Positions 27,174 to 36,000 of a stretch of 64,000 bases of DNA are shown one piece after another; positions within the stretch are counted from its first letter, which is position 1; each line of letters begins with the position of its first letter. The position numbers and the translations under genes were made by a program. Below the pieces are notes generated by a model that saw nothing but the letters and a program-made list of their open reading frames with translations, made no database searches and was not told the origin of the DNA. This stretch comes from an uncultured Anaerolineales bacterium (GTDB taxonomy: Bacteria; Chloroflexota; Anaerolineae; B4-G1; SLSP01): positions 1,690 to 65,689 of the forward strand of contig CAZTEO010000002.1 in the NCBI GenBank assembly GCA_964612845.1. The letters are read 5' to 3'.

Positions 27174-27521
27174 GCGCTTCTCCTTCAGACGCGCAGCCTT
27201 GCCTCGACGGTTACGCAGATAATACAGTTTGGCCCGGCGGACTTTTGCCCGACGGACGATGTCGATTTTCTCAATGCGCGGGGAGTGCAGCAGGAATGTA
27301 CGCTCTACGCCGATACCGTGAGCTGCAATGCGTCGCACGGTGAAACTCCTGTTCACGCTTCCCCCGCGAATACTGATGACGGTACCCTGAAAGACCTGGA
27401 CGCGTTCTCTTTCACCTTCCACAATTCGCAGGTGAACTTTGACGGTATCGCCAGGTCGAATATCTGGTAGTTCCGCCGCAGGCTTGACCATTTGGCGTTC
27501 TAAAGATTCAACCAAGTTCAT
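27171..27521 (-). CDS. rplS: 50S ribosomal protein L19
   Basis: [71 protein letters not shown] is unmistakably L19. Confidence 0.95.
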   Translation of the reverse strand: MNLVESLERQMVKPAAELPDIRPGDTVKVHLRIVEGERERVQVFQGTVISIRGGSVNRSFTVRRIAAHGIGVERTFLLHSPRIEKIDIVRRAKVRRAKLYYLRNRRGKAARLKEKR

Positions 27522-27568
27522 AACTCACCCCCACACAAATCTACCGTCCGAATTGACGGCAACCATGA

Positions 27569-27596
27569 ATTATAACATACACCAGCAGAAAGACAA
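27569..27596 (-). promoter_or_regulatory. promoter-like TTGTCT-16-TATAAT for rplS
   Basis: On the minus strand: TTGTCT (27596-27591), 16-nt spacer ending in TGT, TATAAT (27574-27569). A short CCGTC/GACGG hairpin lies in the leader. Confidence 0.4.
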
Positions 27597-27611
27597 CGCT
27601 TCCCAGTACAA

Positions 27612-27646
27612 AACATCGGACGTAGGGTTCTCCTACATCCGATGTT
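27612..27646 (-). terminator. hairpin terminator after the LysM-domain gene
   Basis: A 15-nt inverted repeat AACATCGGACGTAGG / CCTACATCCGATGTT. It is perfect with one G-U pair when read on the minus strand, and is followed there by TTTGT. Confidence 0.5.
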
Positions 27647-27704
27647 TATTGATCTTTTCTGACCTGCAGAGTGGTGAATGTCGTGTAACTGCATCATCCA
27701 GGCG

Positions 27705-28664
27705 TCATTTCACTCTTAGACGCCACCCTGCGCGGAGATAATCTCCATCCCGGGGGAGACCGCGACTGTCCCACAAGTGACCGTTCCACTTCCAGAACTG
27801 TTCCTTCGTCATGCTGTAGCGGTTGATCAACCCCCAGATGGTGTCATTTGCTGTGGCTGTCACGTATTCGGGTTGTGGAACGGTAGCTGTGGTCGTGGGT
27901 TGTCCTTCTGGTGACGAGGTGGCTTCTTCTTCACAGGGTATGCTGGCGGCTTGTAGGATAGGCCAGCACGCCTTCTCCGCCGTGACAGCGTGGTAGACAC
28001 TGAAAAAATCGACTCCATGCTCGATAATGGCTTCAACCCAGGGGATGAGATTTTCTGGTAGAAAGGGCTCGTTTGGACGCCCCCCGTAGGTGGGAGAGAG
28101 GACCGGATAGATGGCTGGAGTAGCGTTCCAGATCAAGCTCAAATCACTGAAGGATTTATAGATATCTCGATGGATCATCTGCTCTGCGTCAGGGTTCCAT
28201 TTCGGAAAGCAGAGCGGCATCCACCCACCCTGGCAGAGTGGGGCCAAAGCTTCCAGTGTCTGACGATCCGGCAGATGAAGTAAGGGCGGGGTTGCCAACA
28301 GCAGATTTGCTAAGGGTATTCCTGACGGTTCTAGTTCATCAACCAAAGGCTGGATTTGGGTCCGGGTTATCAGCGCACGTCCGAGGAAGAGCACAACATC
28401 GCTATAGCCCAGTTCGAACGCGCGTTGTATGGCATATAAAGTATCCTGTGGGCTACGATCAGTGACGTGAATCCAAGCTAAGGCACGGAATCCGAGTGTA
28501 TGCACCCGATCTAACAGTTCGGGTGCACTCTCTGGGAAGTAGAGCGGCCCATGTCCTACTTTGACAAGCAAGTAACGGGCTTCGGTCTGGGTTGCCATTT
28601 CTACGGCTCGCTGCAGATCGTAGGAATGTGCAAGCCATATCCCCTTGCCACAAAGTTCAGTCAT
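27705..28664 (-). CDS. LysM-domain protein with an N-terminal alpha/beta (TIM-barrel-like) domain of unknown family
   Basis: The C-terminal 50 aa, YVTATANDTIWGLINRYSMTKEQFWKWNGHL...GDYLRAGWRLRV, match the LysM pattern. No signal peptide or TM helix at the N-terminus. Confidence 0.6.
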   Translation of the reverse strand: MTELCGKGIWLAHSYDLQRAVEMATQTEARYLLVKVGHGPLYFPESAPELLDRVHTLGFRALAWIHVTDRSPQDTLYAIQRAFELGYSDVVLFLGRALITRTQIQPLVDELEPSGIPLANLLLATPPLLHLPDRQTLEALAPLCQGGWMPLCFPKWNPDAEQMIHRDIYKSFSDLSLIWNATPAIYPVLSPTYGGRPNEPFLPENLIPWVEAIIEHGVDFFSVYHAVTAEKACWPILQAASIPCEEEATSSPEGQPTTTATVPQPEYVTATANDTIWGLINRYSMTKEQFWKWNGHLWDSRGLPRDGDYLRAGWRLRVK

Positions 28665-28700
28665 CCAGCCCCCTTGTACAACCTAGAAAATCTCTCATGC

Positions 28701-28737
28701 AAAAGGCGGGACTCAAGGGGTTCCCTCGCGTCCCGCC
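28701..28737 (-). terminator. rho-independent terminator after the acidic PETG-tail gene
   Basis: Minus strand: GGCGGGAC ... GTCCCGCC followed by TTTTG (plus-strand arms at 28705-28712 and 28730-28737). Confidence 0.6.
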
Positions 28738-28754
28738 GCTAACAGCAGGTTAAA

Positions 28755-28781
28755 CGTCGTTTACGCAGCGCGTAAACGACG
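28755..28781 (-). other. perfect 12-bp inverted repeat with a 3-nt loop spanning the stop codon of the acidic gene
   Basis: CGTCGTTTACGC (28755-28766), loop AGC, GCGTAAACGACG (28770-28781). The stop codon at 28761-28763 lies inside the stem. Confidence 0.5.
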
Positions 28782-29483
28782 CGCCAGAACAATCAGACCG
28801 ATCAGTAATCCTCCGGCGATGACCAATATCAGTTCCCCCAGGCCCGTCTCAGGCGTTTCATCTGCGGTCTCCTGCGCGGTCTCTTGCGAGGAGGTGGCGG
28901 TTGCTCGAGGGGTTCGTGTCGGTGTTGGTGAGCGTCGAGGCCGGGAGGTGGCGGTCGCTGTCGTCATGGCGGTCTCTTCGTCTTCAGCGCCTTCAGCCTC
29001 TTCTTCCTCATCACCGTCTATATCAGCTTCTTCCTCGACTTCTTCTGACGTGGCTGAAGGCTCGGGGGTCGGTGTATTTGTCGCTGCGATCACCGGCGTG
29101 TTTGTCGCTGTGGGTTCAGGTGTCTCCGTTGCGGTAGGTTCCTCGGTTTCCTCCGGCTCCCCTTCCTCTCCTGCGTCTACCTCCGCTTCAGATGGTGTTT
29201 CTTCTGAGGCAGGGGTGTTCCCGTTGACTACCATCTCCGCGATCGCGGTGTTTGTCGCCTGGATCACGGCATTGCGCGCTGATTGCTGTGCCTGCATCCG
29301 GGGATTTAATACGAGGACCCAGAGAATAAATACCCCAATGGCTAATAAGAGCAAGCCACCGAGAGCTGCCACTGCTATGAGGAAGGTCTTATTCTGAGAT
29401 TCCGCTTCTTGATCTTCAAATTCTTCTTCCTCGGGCTCCATGAAGATATCTTCGCCAAAGGCATCGCGCAGATCATCAGACAT
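28761..29483 (-). CDS. highly acidic, low-complexity bitopic protein with an LPXTG-like C-terminal sorting-signal architecture
   Basis: Acidic N-terminus, TM FLIAVAALGGLLLLAIGVFILWVLVL, and a long E/T/P-rich region. The C-terminus is ETPETG-LGELILVIAGGLLIGLIVLA-RRLRAA (motif, hydrophobic helix, basic tail). Confidence 0.55.
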   Translation of the reverse strand: MSDDLRDAFGEDIFMEPEEEEFEDQEAESQNKTFLIAVAALGGLLLLAIGVFILWVLVLNPRMQAQQSARNAVIQATNTAIAEMVVNGNTPASEETPSEAEVDAGEEGEPEETEEPTATETPEPTATNTPVIAATNTPTPEPSATSEEVEEEADIDGDEEEEAEGAEDEETAMTTATATSRPRRSPTPTRTPRATATSSQETAQETADETPETGLGELILVIAGGLLIGLIVLARRLRAA

Positions 29484-29536
29484 ATCTTGCTCCTTATTCC
29501 ATGAGATATATTATCTATGCTCAAACCATTTTTAAA

Positions 29537-29565
29537 ACTATACCATAAAAGAAAGGGGATAGCAA
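29537..29565 (-). promoter_or_regulatory. promoter TTGCTA-17-TATAGT for the acidic gene, bracketed by an 8-bp inverted repeat
   Basis: Minus strand: ATACCATAtttcTTGCTAtcccctttcttttATGGTATAGT. The repeat ATACCATA / TATGGTAT (plus-strand 29540-29547 and 29570-29577) flanks the -35 and overlaps the -10. Confidence 0.5.
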
Positions 29566-29616
29566 GAAATATGGTATCTTAATAGCAACTTTACCGAAAA
29601 AGCCAGTTGATAATGG

Positions 29617-30669
29617 TCACAGAACGCGCTCTAGATTGGCAAACGGAATGAAAACGCGCTCCTCTTCGTCAAAGTCTATGTAAGCGCCGCGAAGTCTTGC
29701 TCCAGTCTCTACTCTAACCAACCTTGAGGGTAATTCCGATATTGTGCCTGTCATGCCCAGATAAGGGGCTCTGAGTGCGCGTACACGGTCGCCGACGTCC
29801 ACAGGCTCCTGGGGTGCAATCGGCAGGCCATTTTGCGCGGGCATAGGAATGGCGATGTAGGGTCGTTGTTTAGCACGTCTGCAGGTCATACATGCGCTTA
29901 TGGCGGCTTCGCGCCCGTCCAATGACTGCAGCAGGTCGAAGGCCGTTGCGGACATGGGAACGTCTCCAATGCCTTCAGTGGCGATAACGGGTAGCTCAAT
30001 CTCCTGGAGGCGCGGAATTAAGTCCGCCGGTATACCGCCGACGATGATGCCACGGACTTGCATCTCGATGGCTTGTTCCAGGGCTTCTTCATCTAGCGAG
30101 ACTCCCCCGACGACAATCGATCCCTGCGCCGAGGCATCTATACGGCGCGCTCGCAGCGGATGATGTGGAGCTCGAACCACCAAACGGAGCACACCGTAAG
30201 TTTCCTGATTATTACCCCATGCGGCTTGAATGAGGCCCCCGTGAGTTTGAATGATCACACCTTTTCCGGGCAGGACGTGTGTGATTCTACCGGGTACAAG
30301 GGCCGATAGCTGATAAGTCACCGGGTTGGCCTCAAGGAGAAGCCGTCCTCGCCCGTATCCTGTGACGAAGCCGGAGAAGGGGGCGCGGCAAACCCGCCCG
30401 CCCAATCCACCACGCGAGGCCAGGATCTCATTTTCTTCTATGGCGTCACCGACATCGACTTGTAGTGTACTGCGCACGCGTTTTGGGGGGAGGCTGAGAG
30501 CCCGACTCAAGTTTATGATCTGGAAATCGGGCAATTGCGTTGCTTCTGCCACGATCTGATGAGGCTCTACGGTTGCATTTGCTTCCACCAGAACGTCACC
30601 GGCTCTTGGCAGGGTGCGCTTTATCTCGATAAGGGTCAGGGGATTGATGATGCTGAACGGCAAAAGCAT
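29617..30669 (-). CDS. soluble hypothetical protein (N-terminal barrel-sandwich/lipoyl-like hybrid motif, central alpha/beta region, C-terminal KOW/SH3-like barrel); last gene of the seven-gene operon
   Basis: GGAGGA 7 nt upstream of ATG 30669, inside the end of the preceding gene. VDVGDAIEENEILASR...RVCRAPFSGFVTGYGRGRLLLE resembles barrel-sandwich hybrid motifs. No family assigned. Confidence 0.6.
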   Translation of the reverse strand: MLLPFSIINPLTLIEIKRTLPRAGDVLVEANATVEPHQIVAEATQLPDFQIINLSRALSLPPKRVRSTLQVDVGDAIEENEILASRGGLGGRVCRAPFSGFVTGYGRGRLLLEANPVTYQLSALVPGRITHVLPGKGVIIQTHGGLIQAAWGNNQETYGVLRLVVRAPHHPLRARRIDASAQGSIVVGGVSLDEEALEQAIEMQVRGIIVGGIPADLIPRLQEIELPVIATEGIGDVPMSATAFDLLQSLDGREAAISACMTCRRAKQRPYIAIPMPAQNGLPIAPQEPVDVGDRVRALRAPYLGMTGTISELPSRLVRVETGARLRGAYIDFDEEERVFIPFANLERVL

Positions 30670-30672
30670 ACG

Positions 30673-32430
30673 TTATCCTCCCACATCCCAGACCCACCGG
30701 CGTAATAGCCGGCGGCGCTCTTCAACGGCTTCTGGAAGTTCTAAGGGACGTCCTCGCCCGTCGACCACCAAGCCAACCAGTCCACCCAGAGCCTGGATTT
30801 TTCCGCCCTTTCCGGGGCCTCCTAGGCCTACGTCTATCTGTCGAGAGGGTTTGAGCTCCAACGTGGCTCGCTGACCGGGGAGAAGCGGCCAGACTTCCAA
30901 CTCGCCCTCGTGCGCTTCAACGGAGAGCTCACTGCCGTCATCGTAGTGAATCGTCATGGCTAGAATCACATCCCCTGAGCGGCCTCGCCCTACCGGAGAG
31001 ATGACCGTGCCCAGAGAGACTAGCGTGCCAGCATCCAATGCTGAGGCTGCGGCCAACGGTTTGATGGCTGCAATGGCTCCTAACGCAGGTGCTGCACGTC
31101 TGATGTCCAGTAAGATGGTAGAGATTCCTACCGGTTGGACACCATCTAGCACGGTCAACAGGGCGTGACCAGGCCGGGGCATATTCACGATGCCCCCGCC
31201 AGAGATAAGGATCGGGTCCAGTTTGGGCATCAGTTCTGGCTCGCGTGAGGCTGCCTGGCCCATCTTCCAGGTCGATTTTGCGACCTTTAGAGCCATTTGC
31301 AGCATCTCGCGCGCGATAGCTTGTTCAATCCAGAGGTCGTTTAGCGTCTGCGGTACAGTGAGCGGCTGCAAAGTTCGATTATGCAACAGCGCTTGGACTT
31401 TTGCGATTTCGATCTCTTCTGGCATCCAGTAGGCGATACGAGCCACGTTCTCCATCTCTACCCAATCTACGGAATTGTGGATAAACCCTTCTCCACCGCG
31501 AACCGTTGGGTAGAGATGGCCTTCAAAGCAGGCCATCACGGTTGTGCTCGCTGCTCCTAAGTCAATGCCCAAGGCGCCTCGATCTGGATTGTTCTCTCGG
31601 TGCCAGAGAAATTCCACCACTTGACCAAACGTGGCTGCTGTGGGTTGAAGCGCAAGATTGCTCCATGCTGCAAGCGTGTCTGTGCCTGGGGTGCGGAACA
31701 GGCTCTGCTCGATAAATTCCTGTTCTAACAATGTTTGGGCGGGTCTCAGGTATTCAACGTCCGCTGAGGGGCGGACGTTGTCGACCACATCGACCTCGGT
31801 CAGCTCTCCCAGCAATTTGGTGATTCGGCTGCGGAGCTGACTGTTGCCCGCATAGAATAGGTGGGGACGTTGGTCGCTCTCCAACATCGAAGCGCCCAGG
31901 GCAATGGCATCGGCCAACTCCATGACGGGACGGCTGGCCCCACCATCGACGCCTCCAACCAAGAGAATGGCATCAGGCGCAATATCTCGCACTGACTGCG
32001 CCCAGGCCTCCTCTGGCGAGCGGAGGCTGCCTTCACGCGAAAGCATGGTCTCGATGGTGGTGTAGGTGCCCATCGCCACGCGGTGGGCGCTTTCCAAGCT
32101 CATCTCGCGGACGAGTCCCGCCAGCACAAGCCGAAGCGGATCGGCTGCGCTGAGGATGGCTACAAACGCATCAACGCCGACGAGCCCTTCTCGTGGGGTA
32201 ACCAAGTGTCCTTCCAGGAAGAACTCTCGGCCTATGATGGCTTCGATTTCTTCTATGGCTTCGATGACGCCTGCACTGATATCTTCCCAAGGAGCCTCAA
32301 GGGTTGTCGGCGTCTCTGCTTGTGCAATGAAACGGTACTGATCCTCAACACGTTCCAGGAGCAGAACCTTGGTGGTCACTGCCCCGCAATCAGCAACGAG
32401 TATGGATTCGATGGACGTCTCTTCAGGCAT
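30673..32430 (-). CDS. GlmL/MutL-family ASKHA (actin-fold) ATPase-like protein
   Basis: ILVADCGAVTTKVLLLE (phosphate-1 pattern, as in DIGSTTTK of GlmL) and AILLVGGVDGG (as in GGTDGG of GlmL). 585 aa. Confidence 0.6.
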   Translation of the reverse strand: MPEETSIESILVADCGAVTTKVLLLERVEDQYRFIAQAETPTTLEAPWEDISAGVIEAIEEIEAIIGREFFLEGHLVTPREGLVGVDAFVAILSAADPLRLVLAGLVREMSLESAHRVAMGTYTTIETMLSREGSLRSPEEAWAQSVRDIAPDAILLVGGVDGGASRPVMELADAIALGASMLESDQRPHLFYAGNSQLRSRITKLLGELTEVDVVDNVRPSADVEYLRPAQTLLEQEFIEQSLFRTPGTDTLAAWSNLALQPTAATFGQVVEFLWHRENNPDRGALGIDLGAASTTVMACFEGHLYPTVRGGEGFIHNSVDWVEMENVARIAYWMPEEIEIAKVQALLHNRTLQPLTVPQTLNDLWIEQAIAREMLQMALKVAKSTWKMGQAASREPELMPKLDPILISGGGIVNMPRPGHALLTVLDGVQPVGISTILLDIRRAAPALGAIAAIKPLAAASALDAGTLVSLGTVISPVGRGRSGDVILAMTIHYDDGSELSVEAHEGELEVWPLLPGQRATLELKPSRQIDVGLGGPGKGGKIQALGGLVGLVVDGRGRPLELPEAVEERRRLLRRWVWDVGG

Positions 32431-32433
32431 GCA

Positions 32434-33081
32434 TCAGGCTCCGAGTGTTGGGAATAAAAGATCGATTATGAATGTCCACCAACGTTCCACTAGGATGGTG
32501 AGGGCAGATGTCAGCGCGCCAGCAAAAGCGACCCCCAGTGCTATCGCCACTATGGATTGCCCCGCCCAGCGTACACCCTTCTCAAATTTGGAAGGCTCAT
32601 GGGTTAACAGGTGGGCGTGGGGTGAAAAGGCAAAAAGTGCCAACAGGACGCCTACTATCATGAGAACGCCCTCCAAAAGAAGGCTCAAGCCTTGATCCAA
32701 CACCAGTGCTTGCCCAGTATTTACCATCTGGGGAAGCAGCGTGCCTAAAAGGGCACCGGAGATGGCAACAGCGCCTCCGACACCCAGGAGCAAGCCCATG
32801 GATATGTTACCTACGGGAGAGAGCCTTGGAAATCCCTTGAGAAGCAGGAAAAAGCCGAATATAAGTGGAGGGATGATAAACAGTGGATGTTGTTCGCCTG
32901 TTACACCGTCCATGATCCATTGAACCAGAAAGTGGGTGGTGATTGCGAAGGCATAGCCTGTGCCAACGCCTACCAACACTGCCACAGCCCAACGATAGAG
33001 TGGATTGTCTCCTAGCAGGTATCCCAAAAAGATCGTGAAGGTAAAGGCTATCCCGATCCAGCCGACAATATCCAGATTCAT
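32434..33081 (-). CDS. polytopic membrane protein (about 6 TM), unknown family
   Basis: ATG 33081 is preferred (AAGAGGAG 8 nt upstream; junction TAG-C-ATG with the upstream gene). The track start GTG 33090 is also possible. Hydrophobic throughout. Confidence 0.55.
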   Translation of the reverse strand: MNLDIVGWIGIAFTFTIFLGYLLGDNPLYRWAVAVLVGVGTGYAFAITTHFLVQWIMDGVTGEQHPLFIIPPLIFGFFLLLKGFPRLSPVGNISMGLLLGVGGAVAISGALLGTLLPQMVNTGQALVLDQGLSLLLEGVLMIVGVLLALFAFSPHAHLLTHEPSKFEKGVRWAGQSIVAIALGVAFAGALTSALTILVERWWTFIIDLLFPTLGA

Positions 33082-33082
33082 G

Positions 33083-36000
33083 CTAAGCACTCCTCTTGCG
33101 CTTGCGGAATATTAGGGAGGCTCCTGCGCCTATTAAGATCAACCCTGCAGCTACCCACTGCGTAAATGTGACGGCGTTCGCCTGTCGTGTCACATTGATA
33201 TTAGGTATGTCGCGTGCTTGCCAGTACGCCGCAGCTCCTTGAATTCCAACGAGCCAGCCATCAACTTCTGTGCTTTGCAGATACGGACGGGCCATTGGAC
33301 CGGCGGCCGCGCTGACTGCAACCCCAAGGGGGTGTGCAGCATCGCCTAAAGCTGTGTTCTGCTCTATCCACCACCGCAATCGCTCGGGACGCGCCGCGAC
33401 GACTAGTAGCAGCTCACTCTTTTCATCATTGGATGTGCTAGCCAGAAAACTCGCGACTCCGCTGCTGCCGCCCGCCCAGTAACCCAGGCTCTCAACGGTC
33501 GATGGCTCGTCCGCCAGGATAGTTTCTTCAGCCCAAGCCAGGCGCTCTTGTATCAGCGCTTCGCCAACCGGAACTGTGGTCAGAATTTGTACCTGCGCCT
33601 CACGTGCCAGGAGGTGGTCGAGTGTGGCCTCGACGAGAGATTGCATTTCGCCCGCTTCGGCCGGCCCGTATTCCAGTACCAGGGCGACGGTATCGCCAGC
33701 CTGGAGGGTGTCTACTACGGATACCAGCGACGTGACGTTGGGTTGGGTGGGCTGCGAGAAGAGGGCGTCGGGCAAAAATCCCCAAATCACAACGACCACA
33801 GCCGCACAGAGTACCAGAAGTAGTCCGGCGCGTAGCAGGCTTTCCGGCCAACGTGTCTTGGTAGGCTTTTGTCGAACGATGTGCTCTTCGCTGGGTGGGC
33901 GCTCCAGTAGCTCTTGCCAGAGTTGTGCTTCTTCAACAAGGTGGTCTGGAGGCTCGAGGCGTAGTGCCAGCTGGAAGTCCGCAGGCATATCTACCAATGG
34001 GCGCGAAGCCAGTGCGTTCTGCATCCCGCTCAAAGGGCCTTCAACCTCGGGTTCGATGATGGCTTCTGGCTCAACATCCACCGTGCGGGTAATTTCTGTC
34101 GCCTCGCCGGTCGGTCGGAGGGTCTCTACCCATTCAGGGATCTCCGCCCGGACGAGTCCCTTCTCAGTCAATTCCTCAATTTCTTCTTCTGATAGGCCAT
34201 GTTCAGGAAGGGGACCGGTCCCGGGAGGTTGAAGATTGCTTAGCCAGCTTGGCAGATCTGCCTGTTCGAGTCCCTCAGGGAGGGGCGCTTTTGAAACATC
34301 TTCGCTTTTGACAGGCGCCGGTCCCAGATCTCGCAGCCATTCTGGAATCTCGCTTTCCCCCACATCTTCAGACTCTTCCGCCATAGAAATGGGCGCTTGT
34401 TCTCTCTCTGGACGTTCCGGAGGCTCTTCTTGGATCGAGCCGGGGACTTCTCTTGCCTCAGGCTGTGTTCCTATCTCGTCTATTGCCTTTCCCTGGTCTG
34501 GGAAGGGGCTAGGTTCTGCCCGTTTTTCCTCCGCTATTTCCGTTGGTTTGAGATCTCCTAGCCAATTTGGTAGGTCCTCTGCTTGTTCTTCCAGAGATTC
34601 CGGCAGCTCGGTAGAGACTGCTACCGGTTCGGTGTCTGGACCTTCTGCTTGCATGCCAGATAGCCAGTCAGGCAGAGCTTCTGCTTCTTCCGGCTGTGCT
34701 CCTGAAGCCATTCCTTCGTCTTCGCCGGACTCTGTGATGTCGAACGGCGTAGGTTCTGCTTCATCCAGGGGCGTTTCCGATTGGGTAGTCGCTGACTCAG
34801 GTGCGCCTTGGATACTGGCGAGCCAGTCAGGGAGATCATCTTCTGTGTCCATCTCCAGCTCTTCACCGGACCCTGACATAGCAAAGGGAGCAGAAGGTTT
34901 TTCGTCCAGACCTGTTTCTGCTTCAGTCACCCCTGGCGATTCGCCTTGCACACTGGCTAACCAATCAGGGAGCTCCTCTTCCGGCTCTGCGTCTGCGGCT
35001 GGCTCCATCTCTAACTCTGGTGCTTGTGATTCGCTCTGCAGACCGGCAAGCCAATCAGGGATTTTATCTTCCGGCTCTGTCGCCGCAGCCGGCTCTATCT
35101 CTGGCTGTGTTTCTGGTGCAGGGGATTCGGCTTGCACGTCGGCAAGCCAATCAGGAAGTTCCTCTTCCGGCTCTGTGTCTGTGGCGGACTCTATTGTTGG
35201 CTGTGCCTCTGGCGCGGGCGATTCGGCCTGCAGGCCAGCGAGCCAGTTAGGGAGCTCGTCCTCTGTTTTGTCTTCTGATTCTTCTTCCGCCCTCTCCATC
35301 TCTGGGCGTGCCTCAGGTTCAGGCGCCGCTGGCGCTTGTGATTCGGTTTGTGCGTCGGCAAGCCAATCAGGGAGTTCCTCTTCTGCATCCTCTTTGGGTT
35401 GAGCGTCAGAAAGGGTCGCAGGTGCCTGCGCTTGAGCAGCAGGTTTTGGCTCAGGTGTTGTGTCTTGATCCTCTGTGAGCCAATCGGGGATTTTTCCCTG
35501 TGCGGCTTTTTCTACGGAGGGGGCCGCATGACTATCTGCGGCCATAGCCGCCAGCCAGTCTGGTGTCTCTGAAGGCGCATCTTCTATCTCGGAAGTCTCA
35601 CTATCGTCCGCAGCTAAGTCGCGTAACCAATCTGGAAACTCTCCCGTGGGTGTATCTAGCGCAGGGGCGTCCGTTTCCTCTATATGACCAGTTAACCAAT
35701 CCGGTGTTTCATCCCTTTCAGACTCTATTGGACCTCCAGGGGAGTTGTGTACTGGAACGGCAGGAGACGCTTCTTCGCTTGTTCCTACTTCGTCTGAGAC
35801 AAAAAATTCTTGTTCTGCCGAGGGGCCTCCCTCCGCATTATCTTGGTCGACGCCAGACAGCCAATCCGGCAATTCGCCTGGCGCAACCTCATCCTCGTTC
35901 TCGTCCTCCTCAACAAACGGGGGAGGGGAGGCTTTACGTTCGGCTGGCGAGGTCTGAGATGGCGTCTCATCCAGAAGTCCTTGTAGCCAATCTGGGAAGG

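Noticed and set aside
34236-35402. 388-aa Ser-rich plus-strand ORF
   Set aside because: It is the antisense reading of the acidic PDWL-repeat region (GAx/GAG codons read as Ser/Leu). It has no start context. The minus-strand gene has zinc ribbons, TM helices and operon coupling.
34124-35998. Periodic DNA repeats that might suggest a CRISPR array or satellite
   Set aside because: The repeats are in-frame within a long ORF, vary in spacing and encode the PDWL motif. There is no repeat-spacer architecture and there are no cas genes.
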